Positions 25,526 to 39,069 of a stretch of DNA of 64,000 nt are shown here, in pieces. The stretch's first letter is position 1. Every line of letters starts with the position of its first letter. A model generated the notes under the pieces. That model did no database searches. It saw nothing but the letters and a program-made list of their open reading frames with translations, and was not told where the DNA came from. Origin of the DNA: Octopus vulgaris. Its lineage: Eukaryota. The stretch covers positions 2,976,001 to 3,040,000 of the forward strand of contig OX597815.1 of assembly GCA_951406725.2 (NCBI GenBank), written 5' to 3'. Position numbers and translations under genes: made by a program.

Positions 25526-26502
25526 ACTTAAGCAAATTGTTAATGTAAATCATTTCCCCTGTAATTGGAATTTCACATCACTTGTTTACTTCATTTACAT
25601 AGATGTTAGTCTGCCTCAGTTTCAAATATATATATATTTCTATATTGCCCACAAGGGGCTAAACACAGAGAGGACAAACAAGGACAGACAAACGGATTAA
25701 GTCGATTACATCGACCCCAGTGCGTAACTGATATTCATTTAATCGACCCTGAAAGGATGAAAGGCAAAGTCGACCTCAGCAGAATTTGAACTCGCAGCAT
25801 AATGGCAGATTAAATACTGCTAAGCATTTCACCCGTTCTACTAACAATTCTGCCAGCTCACAGCCTTTGAATATATATTATGATCCTCATTCAATGTCCA
25901 CTTTCCCATGCCTGCATGGGTCAAACAAGGCACTGAGGTAGATTCTCTACTTCTGGATGCCTTTCCTGTTGCCAACTCTCGCCTGTTTCCAAGCAAAGCC
26001 ATGTTCCTCCATGGCCAGACATGTTTTTCATGGAAAACGGGAAATGAACAACATTGTTTGTTTACAACCATCACATGATGTCAAGACCCTCCTCCCCCAT
26101 ATACACACTCAAGTGACAGGCTTCTTTTAGTTTCCATCAACCAAATTAATAAGGTTTTGGTTGGTCTAGGACTACAGTGGACCCTTGCTCATGGTACTTC
26201 ACAGTGGAACTGAACCCAAGACCACCTGCTAAGGAAGCAAGGCTTCTTAAAGACACAACTACACTTGCACCTATAGGTATATGTGTTGACTGTGGCCATG
26301 CTGGAGCATCGCCTTTAGTCAAACAAATTGACCCCAGGACTTATTCTTTGTAAGCCTAGTACTTATTCTATTGGTCTCTTTTGCCAAACCACTTAGTTAT
26401 GGGGACATAAACACTCCAACATTGGTTGTCAAGTGATGGTGGGGGGATAAACACAGACACACAAATGCATGCATACACACATATATATATATATATATAT
26501 AT

Positions 26503-26805
26503 GTGGAGGCGCATTGGCCCAGTGGTTAGGGCAGCAAACTCGCAGTCGTAGGATCGCGGTTTCGATTCCCAGACCGGGCGTTGTGAGTGTTTATTGAACG
26601 AAAACACCTAAAACTCCATGAGGATCCGGCAGGGGGTGGTGGTGATCTCTGCTGTACTCTTTCGCCACAACTTTCTCTCACTCTTTCTTCTGTTGGCCTG
26701 CTCACTTAGCCAGCGGGGTGGCATCATTTGAAGGCTAAATCAATGTGAAGCGAATTGTGACCAGTGATGTGTAGAAACATCTGATAGCCTAGTTGGTCAC
26801 GGTGA
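26503..26805 (+). mobile_element. tRNA-derived SINE, family B, nested in the (TA)n of a family-A SINE
   Basis: A/B boxes TGGCCCAGTGG and GGTTTCGATTCCC. TA repeats on both sides. Confidence 0.9.
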
Positions 26806-27259
26806 TATATATATATGTTTGACAAGCTTCATTCAGTTTCCATCTACCAAATCCACTCACAAGGCTTTGGTCAGCCCAAGCCTATAGTAGAAGACACTTG
26901 CCCAAGGTGCCATGCAGTGGGACTGAACCTGGAACCACGTGGTTGGGAAGCAAACTTCTTACCACACAGCCACTCCTGTATATGTATCTCTCTCTACTTA
27001 TACATACACATATGTCTGTGAGTGAGTGTATACACTTATACACACCCATAGCAAAATGTAGACAGACAATACGATATTGTAAATATTCCAAAATTCGTTA
27101 TATCTGCCATTAACGTTTTTTTTAATATTTATACCTTTTTAATTTATATTTCTTTTCATTGCCTGACTATTATTCCATTAATTAATAACCAGTGTAATAT
27201 TTTGAACATTTTTGTAAATCTGATGAACATTACAAGACTAACAAAGACAACAACGATGT

Positions 27260-27375
27260 GGATGATTATTATCATCATCATCATCATCATCATTATTATT
27301 ATTATCATTATTATTATTATTATATTATTATTTATTATATTATTATTATTATCATTATCATCATTATTATTATCA

Positions 27376-27413
<38 letters not shown>

Positions 27414-27434
27414 GTTATATTATTATTATTGTTA

Positions 27435-27477
<43 letters not shown>

Positions 27478-27530
27478 TATTATTATTGTTATATTATTAT
27501 TATTGCTGTTGTTGTTATTGACAGATATTA
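27260..27530. repeat. (TTA)n/(TCA)n microsatellite
   Basis: Directly visible. Confidence 0.95.
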
Positions 27531-27866
27531 ATAGTGATGTGTTGTGGAACACAAAATATGAGGAGAAACCAAACTTTTTGGATGATTTAAAACTTCTCTT
27601 TACGCAAAACTGTGTGTTAACGGACTTGTGTATACAGGTTTCCTAAACACACACACACACACATATGCTGACGCAAAGTATACAAGAACATATACATTTA
27701 CACAGTACCATTATACATAGGACTATATATATATGTGTGTGTATTTTCTGTATGTATGCATATATATATATATATACATGACTGTAAGTATATTGTTCAA
27801 GTGTATATACATATATATATGTGCATGTGTGACTATTTTGTCTCTCTTCCTATGTATGTATATGTG

Positions 27867-27897
<31 letters not shown>

Positions 27898-28063
27898 AAG
27901 GCAATTATTTCTCTGTAACTTATTGTTGAGAAACCTCCTACTTCATTCTTTCTCTGTGGGGGTGGTGCATATATACCTGCTTGTGTATGTGGGCTCCTTG
28001 CATATATTTATTTCCATATATGTCTGTTACTTGCATTTATGTAACAGTATATCTCTTTCTCTC

Positions 28064-28114
<51 letters not shown>

Positions 28115-28322
28115 CGATGTCATTATTTTGGTTTTCCTTTGCTGGTATGGGTCAGAAAGGGTCTCACCTCAGAATATCTCATTGCAGTCATTCCCCACAA
28201 TGTACCCTGCCCCACACACAAACACATGTATTCGAATAAATGTTTGCGAATATGTATACACGTATCAGTGAGGTTATGTTTATATATAAGGAAATGCAGC
28301 TGTATGCACTGATATACATACA

Positions 28323-28363
<41 letters not shown>

Positions 28364-28669
28364 TCACACACACACAGAGCTAACAATTGATATATGGATA
28401 ATAAATCTAACAAAATGAGGTGGGGGGTTTTTTTGTGAATTAGAGGAATCTATTCTCTTTATTTACAAGTTTGATGTTCAATATAAGTGTGTGTATGTGT
28501 GCACATGTGTGTGTGTGTGTGTGTATTTGTGTGAATGTATATATACACACACTCATACTGACGCACATGTGTGTGTGTGTGTGTGTGTATTATTGTCATG
28601 TTCTTATTGTCTTGCTGTCCAGTTTCCCTGCTGTGTTGAAACGCAATATATTTATATATGTATATATGT

Positions 28670-28718
<49 letters not shown>

Positions 28719-29221
28719 CATAATGAAACAAAACAAAAAAAATCTAACCACAACAGAAATTTTTCCCCAGAAAATAATAATAGCAATAATAATAATAATG
28801 ACAATAACAATAATAATAAAGCAAAACCACTCTGCCAACATATTTATTTTCTCCGTTTCCAACATTTTCAAGTGCCATACTCTTCGTTCTTTGGGAGAAT
28901 TTCAACAAATATATTATTTCTGTGGTATAATGACAAAAAAATAGCAGAGTTTATATTATGGGAAACCAATTTAGAATTGTATCACAGAACTGTGTGTGTG
29001 TGTGCGAGGTTGGGGGGGGGGGCAAAGTGTGTTTTTGCTTTTTTTTTTTTCTTGTGTTGTTTTGGGTCTGTATCTTTTTTTTATTAATCTTTTTCCTCTT
29101 TCTGGCCATGTTATTGGTTGGTTGGTTGTTGCTGAATACCTTCAAATGGTGTGTGTGTGTATATATATATTATATATATACATGCACACACCCATACACA
29201 CGCAATTATATAAATATATTC

Positions 29222-29530
29222 ATGGCACTGTGGCTTAGTGGTTAGAGTGTTAGGCTTGCGTTTGTAACGGCCACGAGTTTGGTTCCCCAGTGACGTGTTG
29301 TGTCCTTGAGCGAGACACTTCATTTCACATTGCTGCAGTCCACTCAACCGGCAACAATGAACTGTACCTGCAATTCACAGGGGCCTGACCTTTGTCACAT
29401 TCTGTGTCATGCTGAATCTCCCCGAGATGTTAAGAGTATGCGTGTCTGTGGAGTGCTCATCCACTTCCATGTTAGTATCCCAAGCTGACCATCCTGTTGA
29501 TTGGATCAACTGGAACACTCATTGTTCTAA
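29222..29530 (+). mobile_element. tRNA-derived SINE, family D (CORE-like GTGTCCTTGAGCGAGACACTT)
   Basis: Related copies at ~52910-53215(+) and ~60505-60770(-). Confidence 0.75.
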
Positions 29531-31734
29531 CAGCACCAATAGCAGATAACACACACACATCAAAACTGGAGACTGGAAATTTTTTTGGTATCATTTATTC
29601 ACCATTACACATGTTTCATTTGCTAATCATCATCGTCGTCATTTAACATCTGCTTTCCATGCTGACATGGGTTGGATGGTTTCACTAAGGACTGTCAAGC
29701 CAGGAGGCTGCACCAGGCTCCAATCTGATCTGGCAGTGTTTCTGCAGCGAGATGCCCTTCCTAACGCTACCCACTCCAAGAGTGTAGAGGGTGGTTTTTT
29801 ATGTGCCATTGGCACGAGGGCCAGTCAGGTGGAACTGGCAACTTCCACGCTCAAAACGTATTTTTTATGTGCTACCTGCACAGGAGCTAGTCCGGCAGCA
29901 CTGTCAATGACCATGCTCAAATGTTGTCTTTCTCGTGCGACCGGCACATGTCCCGGTAAAATGACACTTGCAGCGATCACATTCGAATGGTGCTTTCCAT
30001 GTTCCACCAGCACAGGAGCCAATCCGTGGCCCTGGTAACAATCATGCTCGGATAGTGCTTTTAATGTTCCACTGGCAAGAGTGTCAATCAGGTGGTACTG
30101 TCATTGGCCACGTCAACGATTTTGATTTGTTTTCACTTGCCTCAATAGGTCTTTGTAAGCAAAGTTTATTGTCCAGTGAATGAGGGGTACTCATAAGTGG
30201 GCTGGTTACACCCCATGATCAGATGTGCTAATAGGAATTACAATTTCCTACACGCAGTAGGATAAACCTGTAAGATATTTCCTATTAGAGATTCTTCAGA
30301 CAGAGAATCAAATTATAGAAAATTAACATTTTCATGAAGTGTTTATATATATTTATTAGTGTCTGGGAGTTCTTTAGATAGTAAAAAGCGAGAAAATCAT
30401 ATTTATATTAATGCTTCATCCAAGTGTAAATTTTTTGTTAGAAATTCTTCAGACGGAGAATCAAAGAATAAGAGATGTCTTTTCTGTGGTGGTGGGGTGG
30501 GGGGTGCTGTAAAGTGATTACATCAATGCCAGTGCTCTGCTGGTGCTTATTTCATTGACTCCACCCCACCCCCAGAAGGATAACTTGCAAAGTCAACCTC
30601 GACAGAATTTGAACACAGAACTTAAAAACAGACAAAATGTTTGGTGTGCTAACAGTTGCCGTCTTATTTACCTGATAAAATAATGTCTTCTATTGAGATA
30701 TTTGCTGATAACACCCCATTTTATTCTGTGAACGTCACACCCAACACGCCATGAATGGCCTTCTCAGTGCTCATCCCAATTTTGTTTTATTCAGTATTTC
30801 AAACGAGACCCTAATATCTTTATCCCATCATTGTGAAATTTTTGTTGTTTGTATTGTTTTTGTGGATAAGACCATTTTGAAGGAGTCTCTGTATTGGATA
30901 GTCACTTGGATCTTAAATTCACACCTGGTTTCAGATGAGACTCCTACTTCATGTCCACTACCTGGGTGCTGACCAGAATGGTAAGCTCATTCTACCATTC
31001 AAGAAGGTTTTTAACTTTTAAAGATTTGTTGTATCTCTAAAAGAGCCGTCTTCACCCTAAAAACGGAATACTGCTTACCCATTTCGGCAGGTGCCTCCAT
31101 AGAGTACCGAATTGAATATGTCTTTTAGTTGTGCTGCTGGCACGTGAAAAAACATTTGAGTGAGATCGTTTCAAGTTCCGCTGGACTAGCTCCTGTGCAG
31201 GTGGCACATAAAACGCTCCATTTGAGCGCAGCCTTTGCCAGTACCACCTAACTGACCCTCGTGCCGGTGGCATGTAAAAGCACCCACTCCACTCTCAGAG
31301 TGGTTGGCATTAGGAAAGGCATCCAGCTGTAGAAACACTGCCAGATCAGACTGGAGCCTGGTGCAGCCTCCTGGCTTCCCAGATCCTGGTCGAACCGTCC
31401 AACCCATGCTAGCATGGAAAACGGATGTTAAACGATGGTGATGATGATGATGATGATACTCCTCCAGTTGTTTATGGCTGGCCAAGATCAAACTGCCCAG
31501 AGTGTGGTGGGACATTGATGTTTTGCTGGGGTTCAGCATCTTGAGGCTGATGGCGTCTTAGGCTGACGTCTTGGGCATCCTGCCAAACGATCCCGGAGAC
31601 ATCCACCTGCCGACTGCAAGCCCTCTTGTTTAAGCCCTCTAACAGCACAGTAGCAGCTTCAGCGCGACAGCCCGCTATCGTCGCGCACTTGCTGCTGCTG
31701 CCGACCGCGCAACCTCCTGCCCGCTCACAGCAAC

Positions 31735-32038
31735 ATGCTGCGGTAACATGTTGTCGACAAACAGGTCTACAATCCTTCTGTTCACCCTAGATTGACGGAC
31801 GCCAGTGCCAGCAGTTTGGCCAAAGGCTTCACCAATGCTGGAATCGCATGCTTTCTTTGCACATGGCTGCAATAACAGGCCACTGACACTGCTACCAGAT
31901 GATTGCCTGTGTCTCCCATGGGAAGGGCCGGCCTTGATCCTCTCCTCAAACTGGATGCCAAGCACTGGGTGTTTCCTCTTGACATGCGACTTCAAGCTGT
32001 AGAGACTCACCGCTTGTCCCTTGATGGTGGTGGCTTTG
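31735..32038 (-). mobile_element. hAT-type transposase N-terminal fragment
   Basis: GC-rich island. TIKGQAVSLYSLKSHVKRKHP resembles the end of a BED finger, and VRQSRVNRRIVDLFVDNMLP resembles the following hAT helix. Confidence 0.6.
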
Positions 32039-32687
32039 ATCGGCCCGAGGCTATAGTAGAGGACACTTGCCCAAGGTGCCACGTGTAGGAACTGAACCCA
32101 GAACCATGTGGTTGGGTAGCAAGCTACTTACCACACAGCCATGCCTGTGCCTGATGATGATGGGAGCCATACACCACCACCACCACCACCACCACACTTT
32201 CTCTTTTCATCTCTCTCTCTCTCTCTTCCTTCTTTTTCCAGCCTTTCTACTCTCTGCTCTGCATCTGTCACACACTCACACACACACACGTAATTAACTG
32301 CTCATACTCTTATTTCTCTTTTTACTTTTCTGTACCCCCCTTACTACCTCTTTCTCATGCTTCCCCCTTCCCCCCTCTCTCTCTCATTATTTGTATCAAC
32401 CCCCCCCCGGCTACCCCATAACTACCACCACCACCACCTTCCTCCTCCACCCACCATCAGTGAGGTTTCTCTTCCTGCTCCCCTCTCTGTAATATCCCCA
32501 CCACCACCACCATACTGCCCCTACTTTGATTCATTTCTGGCTCCCTAGAGGTAAATGTTAGGGTTTGGGTGGAGATAATCATAGGTCCCTCTGTCCACCA
32601 GCTGCCACTGTCCACTTGTGCTGACCAACAACTCTTCCAATATTTGCACCATTCTTCCATCTATTATTATTACTGAGTGAGAGAGCA

Positions 32688-32720
<33 letters not shown>

Positions 32721-32769
32721 CATCATCGCAGTCAACAAACAACTTTCTCCTGTTGAATTTAACTCTGCT

Positions 32770-32837
<68 letters not shown>

Positions 32838-33336
32838 TGTCTCAGTTTTTATCTGCCTTAGTTTCCTTTTCTTTCTTTTAACTAAACCCTTTCATTACCA
32901 ACCCAACTGAAATCAGCTCTGACTCCGTAGTACAAATGTGTTGTTTTCTGAAGTTTTGAACTAAAATCTTCCTCCAAACCTTAGTCACAATTTATGTTCC
33001 TAACACTAGCCGAATGATAACCAAGTTATTTTACTAAATTCTTTGGGATCTTTTCTAAAAGATGGACAGAATTTTCTACTTAACTAAATAATTTGAAACT
33101 TCGTATACTGGTAGAATGTGTCAAAAGAAAACATTAATTTCAATTAGTTTTTTTGAGAAAAATATATTTTGTAACGTTTACGTAGTTTAATTCTTCGAAT
33201 TTTAACCAATCGTATTCTCTGTTTTGAGCTCAATTCAATTTTCTGCCGTGTTATTCATCCTTATCACTGTCTTCTGTCTTCAAAGGCTTCTCCCATGTTT
33301 ATTTCAATGTCATCCCTGACTTATGGAACGATTACC

Positions 33337-33665
33337 TGTGTGTGTGTGTGTTTTTGTTGTGTATGTGTGTGCGTGTGTGTGTTGTTGTGTGAGTGTGTGT
33401 TATTGTTGTGTATGTGTGTGTTTTTTGTTGTGTGCGTGTGTTGTGTATCTCTTAAATCGATGAATTTCGTCGCCCAATATTATTAACGATATCAAAGTTA
33501 AAAAAATATCGTTAATATTTTTATTGGGCGATGAAATTCATTGATTTAAGAGATACACAACACACGCACACAACAAAAAACACACACATACACAACAATA
33601 ACACACACTCACACAACAAACACACACACGCACACACATACACAACAAAAACACACACACACACA
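33337..33665. repeat. Inverted duplication including a TG/CA-rich minisatellite and a central hairpin
   Basis: ...GTATCTCTTAAATCGATGAATTTCGTCGCCCAATA mirrored by TATTGGGCGATGAAATTCATTGATTTAAGAGATAC... Inner TATTAACGATAT/ATATCGTTAATA stem. Confidence 0.88.
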
Positions 33666-36174
33666 TACACAACAAAAAGACATACACACACACACGCACA
33701 CATACACAACAAAAACGCACACACACGCACACACATACACAACAATAACACACACACACACAACAAACACACACACGCACACACATACACAACACCTCTT
33801 GTACAATTTACCCCAACCCCACCTCCACATCCATCAATCTGTCACTGTTTTTTTTTTTCTGTTTGCGTGTGCCAGTCATTGCAGCATCCATGCCACACAA
33901 TTCTTCTGGTTCAGTCCCAACCAGTCCGGATCAAACCAACCTTATTTTCAAAGACATCCAAACTTTTATTCCCCCCCCCCACCATTTCTTTTTTGATATT
34001 TTCTTTTTAACCAGTCATTCCAATTTTTTGAGACATTAGGGTGAGATTTGAGTGAGATCATCATCATCGTTTAATGTCCGTTCTCCATGCTGGCATGAGT
34101 TGGACGGTTCGACCGGGGTCTGGAAAGCCAGGAATCTGCACCAAGTTCCAGTCTGATCTGGCAGTGTTTCTGCAGCTGGATGCCCTTCCTAATGCCAACC
34201 ACTCCGTGAGTGTAGTGGGTGCTTTTTACGTGTCACCAGCACAGGTGCCAGGGGAGGCTGGCAGCGGCCATGTTCAGATGGTGCTTTCTATGTGCCACTG
34301 GCACAGGTACCACAACTACAATTTCGGTGGCTTCTATTTCTGGCAAGTCAAACAACCTTATAGAGCAGTGACTCTCAATCACTTTTGTTTTTACCTGTGG
34401 ACACCCCACACCTGGCCATTTGATATTTAAAAACTCCTTTCGTATTCTTATGATTAAATATTATCAGGGACTTTATAATAAAAAATGGTTAACCTATTAT
34501 GTGTGTTGCAGAATTAAAACCAATTCATTGCAGGTAAATTTTAACAACACCTGTGTGGTAAGAAGCTTGCTTCCCAAACACATGGTTCCAGGTTCAGTCC
34601 CACTGTGTGGCACCTTGGACAAGTGTCTTCTACTATAGTCTCGGACCGAGCAAAGCCTTGTCAATGGATTTGGTAGACAGAAACTGAAAGAAACTCATCA
34701 TATGTGTGTGTGTGTGTGTGCATGCCTATGTCTGCGTACACATGTGTATGTGCGCGTGTGTATGCGTGTGTGCATATGTCTGTGTATATATGTGTGTGTT
34801 GTGTGTATATGTGTGTGTGTTGTATATGTGTGTATATATGTATGTATGTATATATTTAGGTGTTTGTGTCTGTCTGTCCCCCACCATTGCTTGGCAACCG
34901 TTGTTGGTGTGTTTACATCCCTGAAGTTTAGTGGTTCAGCAAAAGAGACCAATAGAATAAGTATGAGGCTGACAAAAAATAAGTCCTGGGGTCAATTTAT
35001 TTGACTAAAAGGCAGTGCTCCAGCATGGCCACAGTCAAATGACTGAAACAAATAAAAGAATAATGGAATAATGGAATCGTACGTTGATCCTCCGGGGTTC
35101 AATGGATCTTCAATGAAAAGAACCGTTATGGAGGCTCCTTTGCTGTGGAGGATTCTTAAAGTCTGGCTTTGGTTCCCACTTGGAACTAAACCACTTTCAC
35201 AAAGTACATTTTCAATTCCAGTTCCAACATTTTTCGGACAAATGTGCATCATCATCATCATCATCATCATCGTCATCAACATCATTGTTGTCAGCATTGT
35301 TATTAATGTTTGTCCTTTCCATGCCAGTCTGGTTTTTTTTGTTTGTTCCTTCTCGAGCCATGCCTTGCTCATAAGGGCCGGTTTCCTTGGTGTATAGGTT
35401 CCCCACCTGGACGGGACGCCGGTCCGTCGCAGGTGAACTGCAAGATGCAGGAGGAAAGAGTGAGAGAAAGTTGTGACGAAAGAGTCAGCAGAAGTTCACC
35501 ATTACCTTCTGCTGGAGCCACGTGGAGCTTAAGTGTTTCGCTCATAAACACACGCATCAGCCGGTCTGAGATTTGAACCTGCGATCCCTCGACCGCGAGT
35601 CCGCTGCTCTAATCACCAGACCATGCACCTCCACCTAGTCTGGGTTAGAGTGAAGGCACATGGCTTAGTGGTTAGGGTATAAGTGTGTCACTGTGTGTGT
35701 GTGAGAGAGACAGACAGACAGAGACAGTACTTTTTTTATCTTTTACATGTTTCAGTCATTAGACTGTGGCCATGCTGGGGCACTACTTTGAAGACTTTCT
35801 AGTCGAACAAATTGCCCCACTACTTTTGTTTTTAAAGCCTGTTATTCTATTGATCTTTTTTGCTGAACTGCTAAGTTACAGGGACATAAAACCACCAACA
35901 CCAGTTATCAAGTAATGATGGAAATACACAAACAACAGGCAACTGGTGACAGTTTGACGAAATGTGTTTGGAGCACAACCATAAAGATTGCATTTCTTTA
36001 AATCCTGGAAAACCTATCTCCGATACCACCACCACAACCACCATCACTGATAGCTCTACCAACAACAGTCACAAATATGAATCAATGACCTGCTAGAAGT
36101 AACAGCCAAATCTCTTTCACAGTGAACCTTACCATCTTTCAAAACAGTAAAGACCATCATATTGTATATACGAT

Positions 36175-37130
36175 AAATACTACAACTGTACAGAAAACCG
36201 ACTCCACCCATTGCCAGTGGGGAAAGCTAGAGATAGTTGATAGCTTCCGTTACCTAGGTGATCAAGTCAGTAGTTGGGGTGGATGCTCTCGAAAGTATAG
36301 CTGCTTGAATAAGAATTTTTATTTATGCACCCTTTTCAAGCCTAACCAGGCTCATGGGCCCAGTTTCCCGGTTTCTATGGCGTATGTGTTCCCCCCAGCT
36401 GGATGGGATGCCAGTCCATCACAGCATTACTCAAGAAACAGGAAGAAAGAGTGAGGGAAAGTTGGGACAAAAGTGTACAACAGGGGTCGCCTTCACCCTG
36501 ACAGGGCCTCATGGAACTTTTAGGTGTTTTCGCTCAATAAACTCACACAACGCCCAGTTGGGGAATCGAAACCACGATCCTCCGACTGCAAGTCCACTGC
36601 CCTAACCACTGGGTCATTGCACTTCCACAGAATAAGAATAGGCTGAGCAAAGTTCAGAGAGCTTCTACCTTTGTTGGTAACAAAGGGTCTCTTTCTCAGA
36701 GTGAAAAGCAGACTGTATATCACCTGTGTGCAAACAGGTATGCTACAAGGCAGTGAAACATGAGCTGTGATCGCCAAGGACATGTGTAAGCTTAAAAGGA
36801 AGGAAGCTAATATGCTTCACTGTAGGTGCAGGGTCAGTGTGCATGTACAATGGAGTGTAAGCATCTTGAGAGAAAAGTTAGGCATAAAAGGAATCTGATG
36901 CAGTGGACAAGAGAGACGACTGCACTGGTGTGGTCATGGGATGCATATGGACGAAATGAAGAAATGCTGATCTCTGACTGTAGAGGGAACCTGTGGAAGA
37001 GGTAGACCCAGGAAGACATGGGATGAGGTGGTGAAGCAGGATCTTTGAATGTTGGGCCTCACGGAGGTGATGACAAGTGACTGAGAGCTCTGGTGATATA
37101 CTGTGCAGGAAAGACTCGTCGGGTCAAGTA
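36175..37130 (+). mobile_element. Second RTE-clade LINE relic, interrupted by a SINE (36317-36629)
   Basis: GKLEIVDSFRYLGDQVSS..., resuming after the SINE. TSD GAATAAGAAT at 36307-36316 and 36630-36639. Confidence 0.88.
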
Positions 37131-38454
37131 AAATCGTTGTTGTGGTCATGCCCTTGTCATGTAAATGGCATACATGCATTGTGGTCATCGATGTAAATAG
37201 CACCTGTGAATCATTATGGTCATTGATGGTGCCATATATATATATATATAGGCCGTTGCCAGCCTACCCTGGCACCTAAAAAGCACCATCCGAACGTGGC
37301 CGATGCCAGTGCTGCCTTGACTGGCTTCCGTGTCAGTGGCACGTAAAAACCACCAACCGATCGTGGCCATTGCCAGCCTCCCCTGGAACTTGTGCCGGTG
37401 GCATGTAAAAAGTACCAACCGATCATGGCCACTGCCAGCCTTCCCTGGCACCTGTGCCGGGGGCACGTAAAAAGCACCCACTACACTCACAGAGTGGTTG
37501 GCGTTAGGAAGGGCATCCAGCTGTAGAAACACTGCCAGATCAGACTGGAGCCTGGTGCAGCCTCCTGGCTTCCCAGACCCCGGTCGAACCGTCCAACCCA
37601 TGCTAGCATGGAAAACGGACGTTAAACAATGATGATGATGATGATATAGTACCAGGGAATCATGGTTATTGCTGGTGCCATGCAAACGGCACACGTGAAT
37701 CGTAGTTGTGGTTACTGCCAGTGTCATGTAAAAGGCACCCACTACACTCTCGGAGTGGTTGGCGTAAGGAAGGGCATCCAGCCGTAGAAACTCTGTCAGA
37801 TCAAGATTGAAGCCTGGTGCAGCTCTTCAGCTCCAGTTCAACCGTCTAACCCATGCCAGCATGGCAAGCGGACGTTAAATGATGATGATGATGAATGATG
37901 AGATGTGCCTGAAAAGATAGAATGGGCATGCCTGGAAGGTCTCAGATCATAGGTCTGTTTTATGAGTGTTGACCTGGGTACAAAACAACAACAACAAAAA
38001 CTCTTCATATAAAATAAAACCCTCAAAATAAAGTCTTTATAATAAGTCACTGTTGCTGTATAAGGTTTACGTTTTCATATTTGTTTATTTTGGGGTTGTT
38101 TTTTTGTTTTATTTTATTTTAGTGGGTGAGTAAGGGATTGGGTTTATAAAATCCTAATTTCAAAGAAGAAAACTAAGGTGCTGGGGGGTGGGGGACATCT
38201 GACCTTTCACACCTGAATTTTCCTTTTCTTGCTACCCACTCTCACCTGTAATACACACACCTACATGTTTACAGCTAAAAAATAGAGGTGTGTATTAAAA
38301 TGTGTATGTGTGTGTGTGTGTGTGTTTGTATATAATGGTATGTATGTGTATATCTGTACATACACACACACACACATATATATGCATGCATGTATGTATG
38401 TATGTATGTGTGCATGAGTGTGTGTACATATATGCTTGTGCATATGTTTGTGTG

Positions 38455-38488
<34 letters not shown>

Positions 38489-38730
38489 TAGATTTGATGT
38501 ATGTATGTATGTGTATGTAAATATGTTTATCTATCTACACACACAGGTATGTATATAAAAAAAAACCTATGTTTTCCTATACAAAGCCAGTGTGTGAGTT
38601 ATTGTATAAAAGGTGACAATCTGTTATTGTCTGTGATGTCATGTAATTCTGATAATATTTACTGTAGGTGGGGCCTTTAACAACAGATGGTGAATTTAGA
38701 CTACAAGGGAACAATGGCCGTTGTCTATTC

Positions 38731-38775
<45 letters not shown>

Positions 38776-38948
38776 CATCATCAATAGTATTAGGAGAGTA
38801 ATTATTTTTTAATTTTGTTCCTTTGAAATAAAATAGAATAAATAAAATATCTTTACATTTTACAAATAGAAATTGCTGTTTTCTTTATATTTTTATTGAT
38901 ATTTTCACACCACCCCCGCTTCCTTGGTCTTTATTTAAACATTTTCTG

Positions 38949-38990
<42 letters not shown>

Positions 38991-39020
38991 CTACATTGCA
39001 CGCATACACACACACATGCT

Positions 39021-39069
<49 letters not shown>

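Noticed and set aside
26505-26580. tRNA gene (and other tRNA-like segments)
   Set aside because: A/B boxes continue into multi-copy SINE bodies, with no convincing acceptor stem or terminator. These are SINE heads.
30935-30980. Exon-like segment TTTCAG|ATGAGA...AGAATG|GTAAGC
   Set aside because: 46 nt (frameshifting), weak pyrimidine tract, no similarity to HLCS.
31675-32082. 135-aa minus-strand ORF as a host gene
   Set aside because: Its start lies in a SINE fragment, and the remainder looks like a truncated hAT transposase with no splice support.
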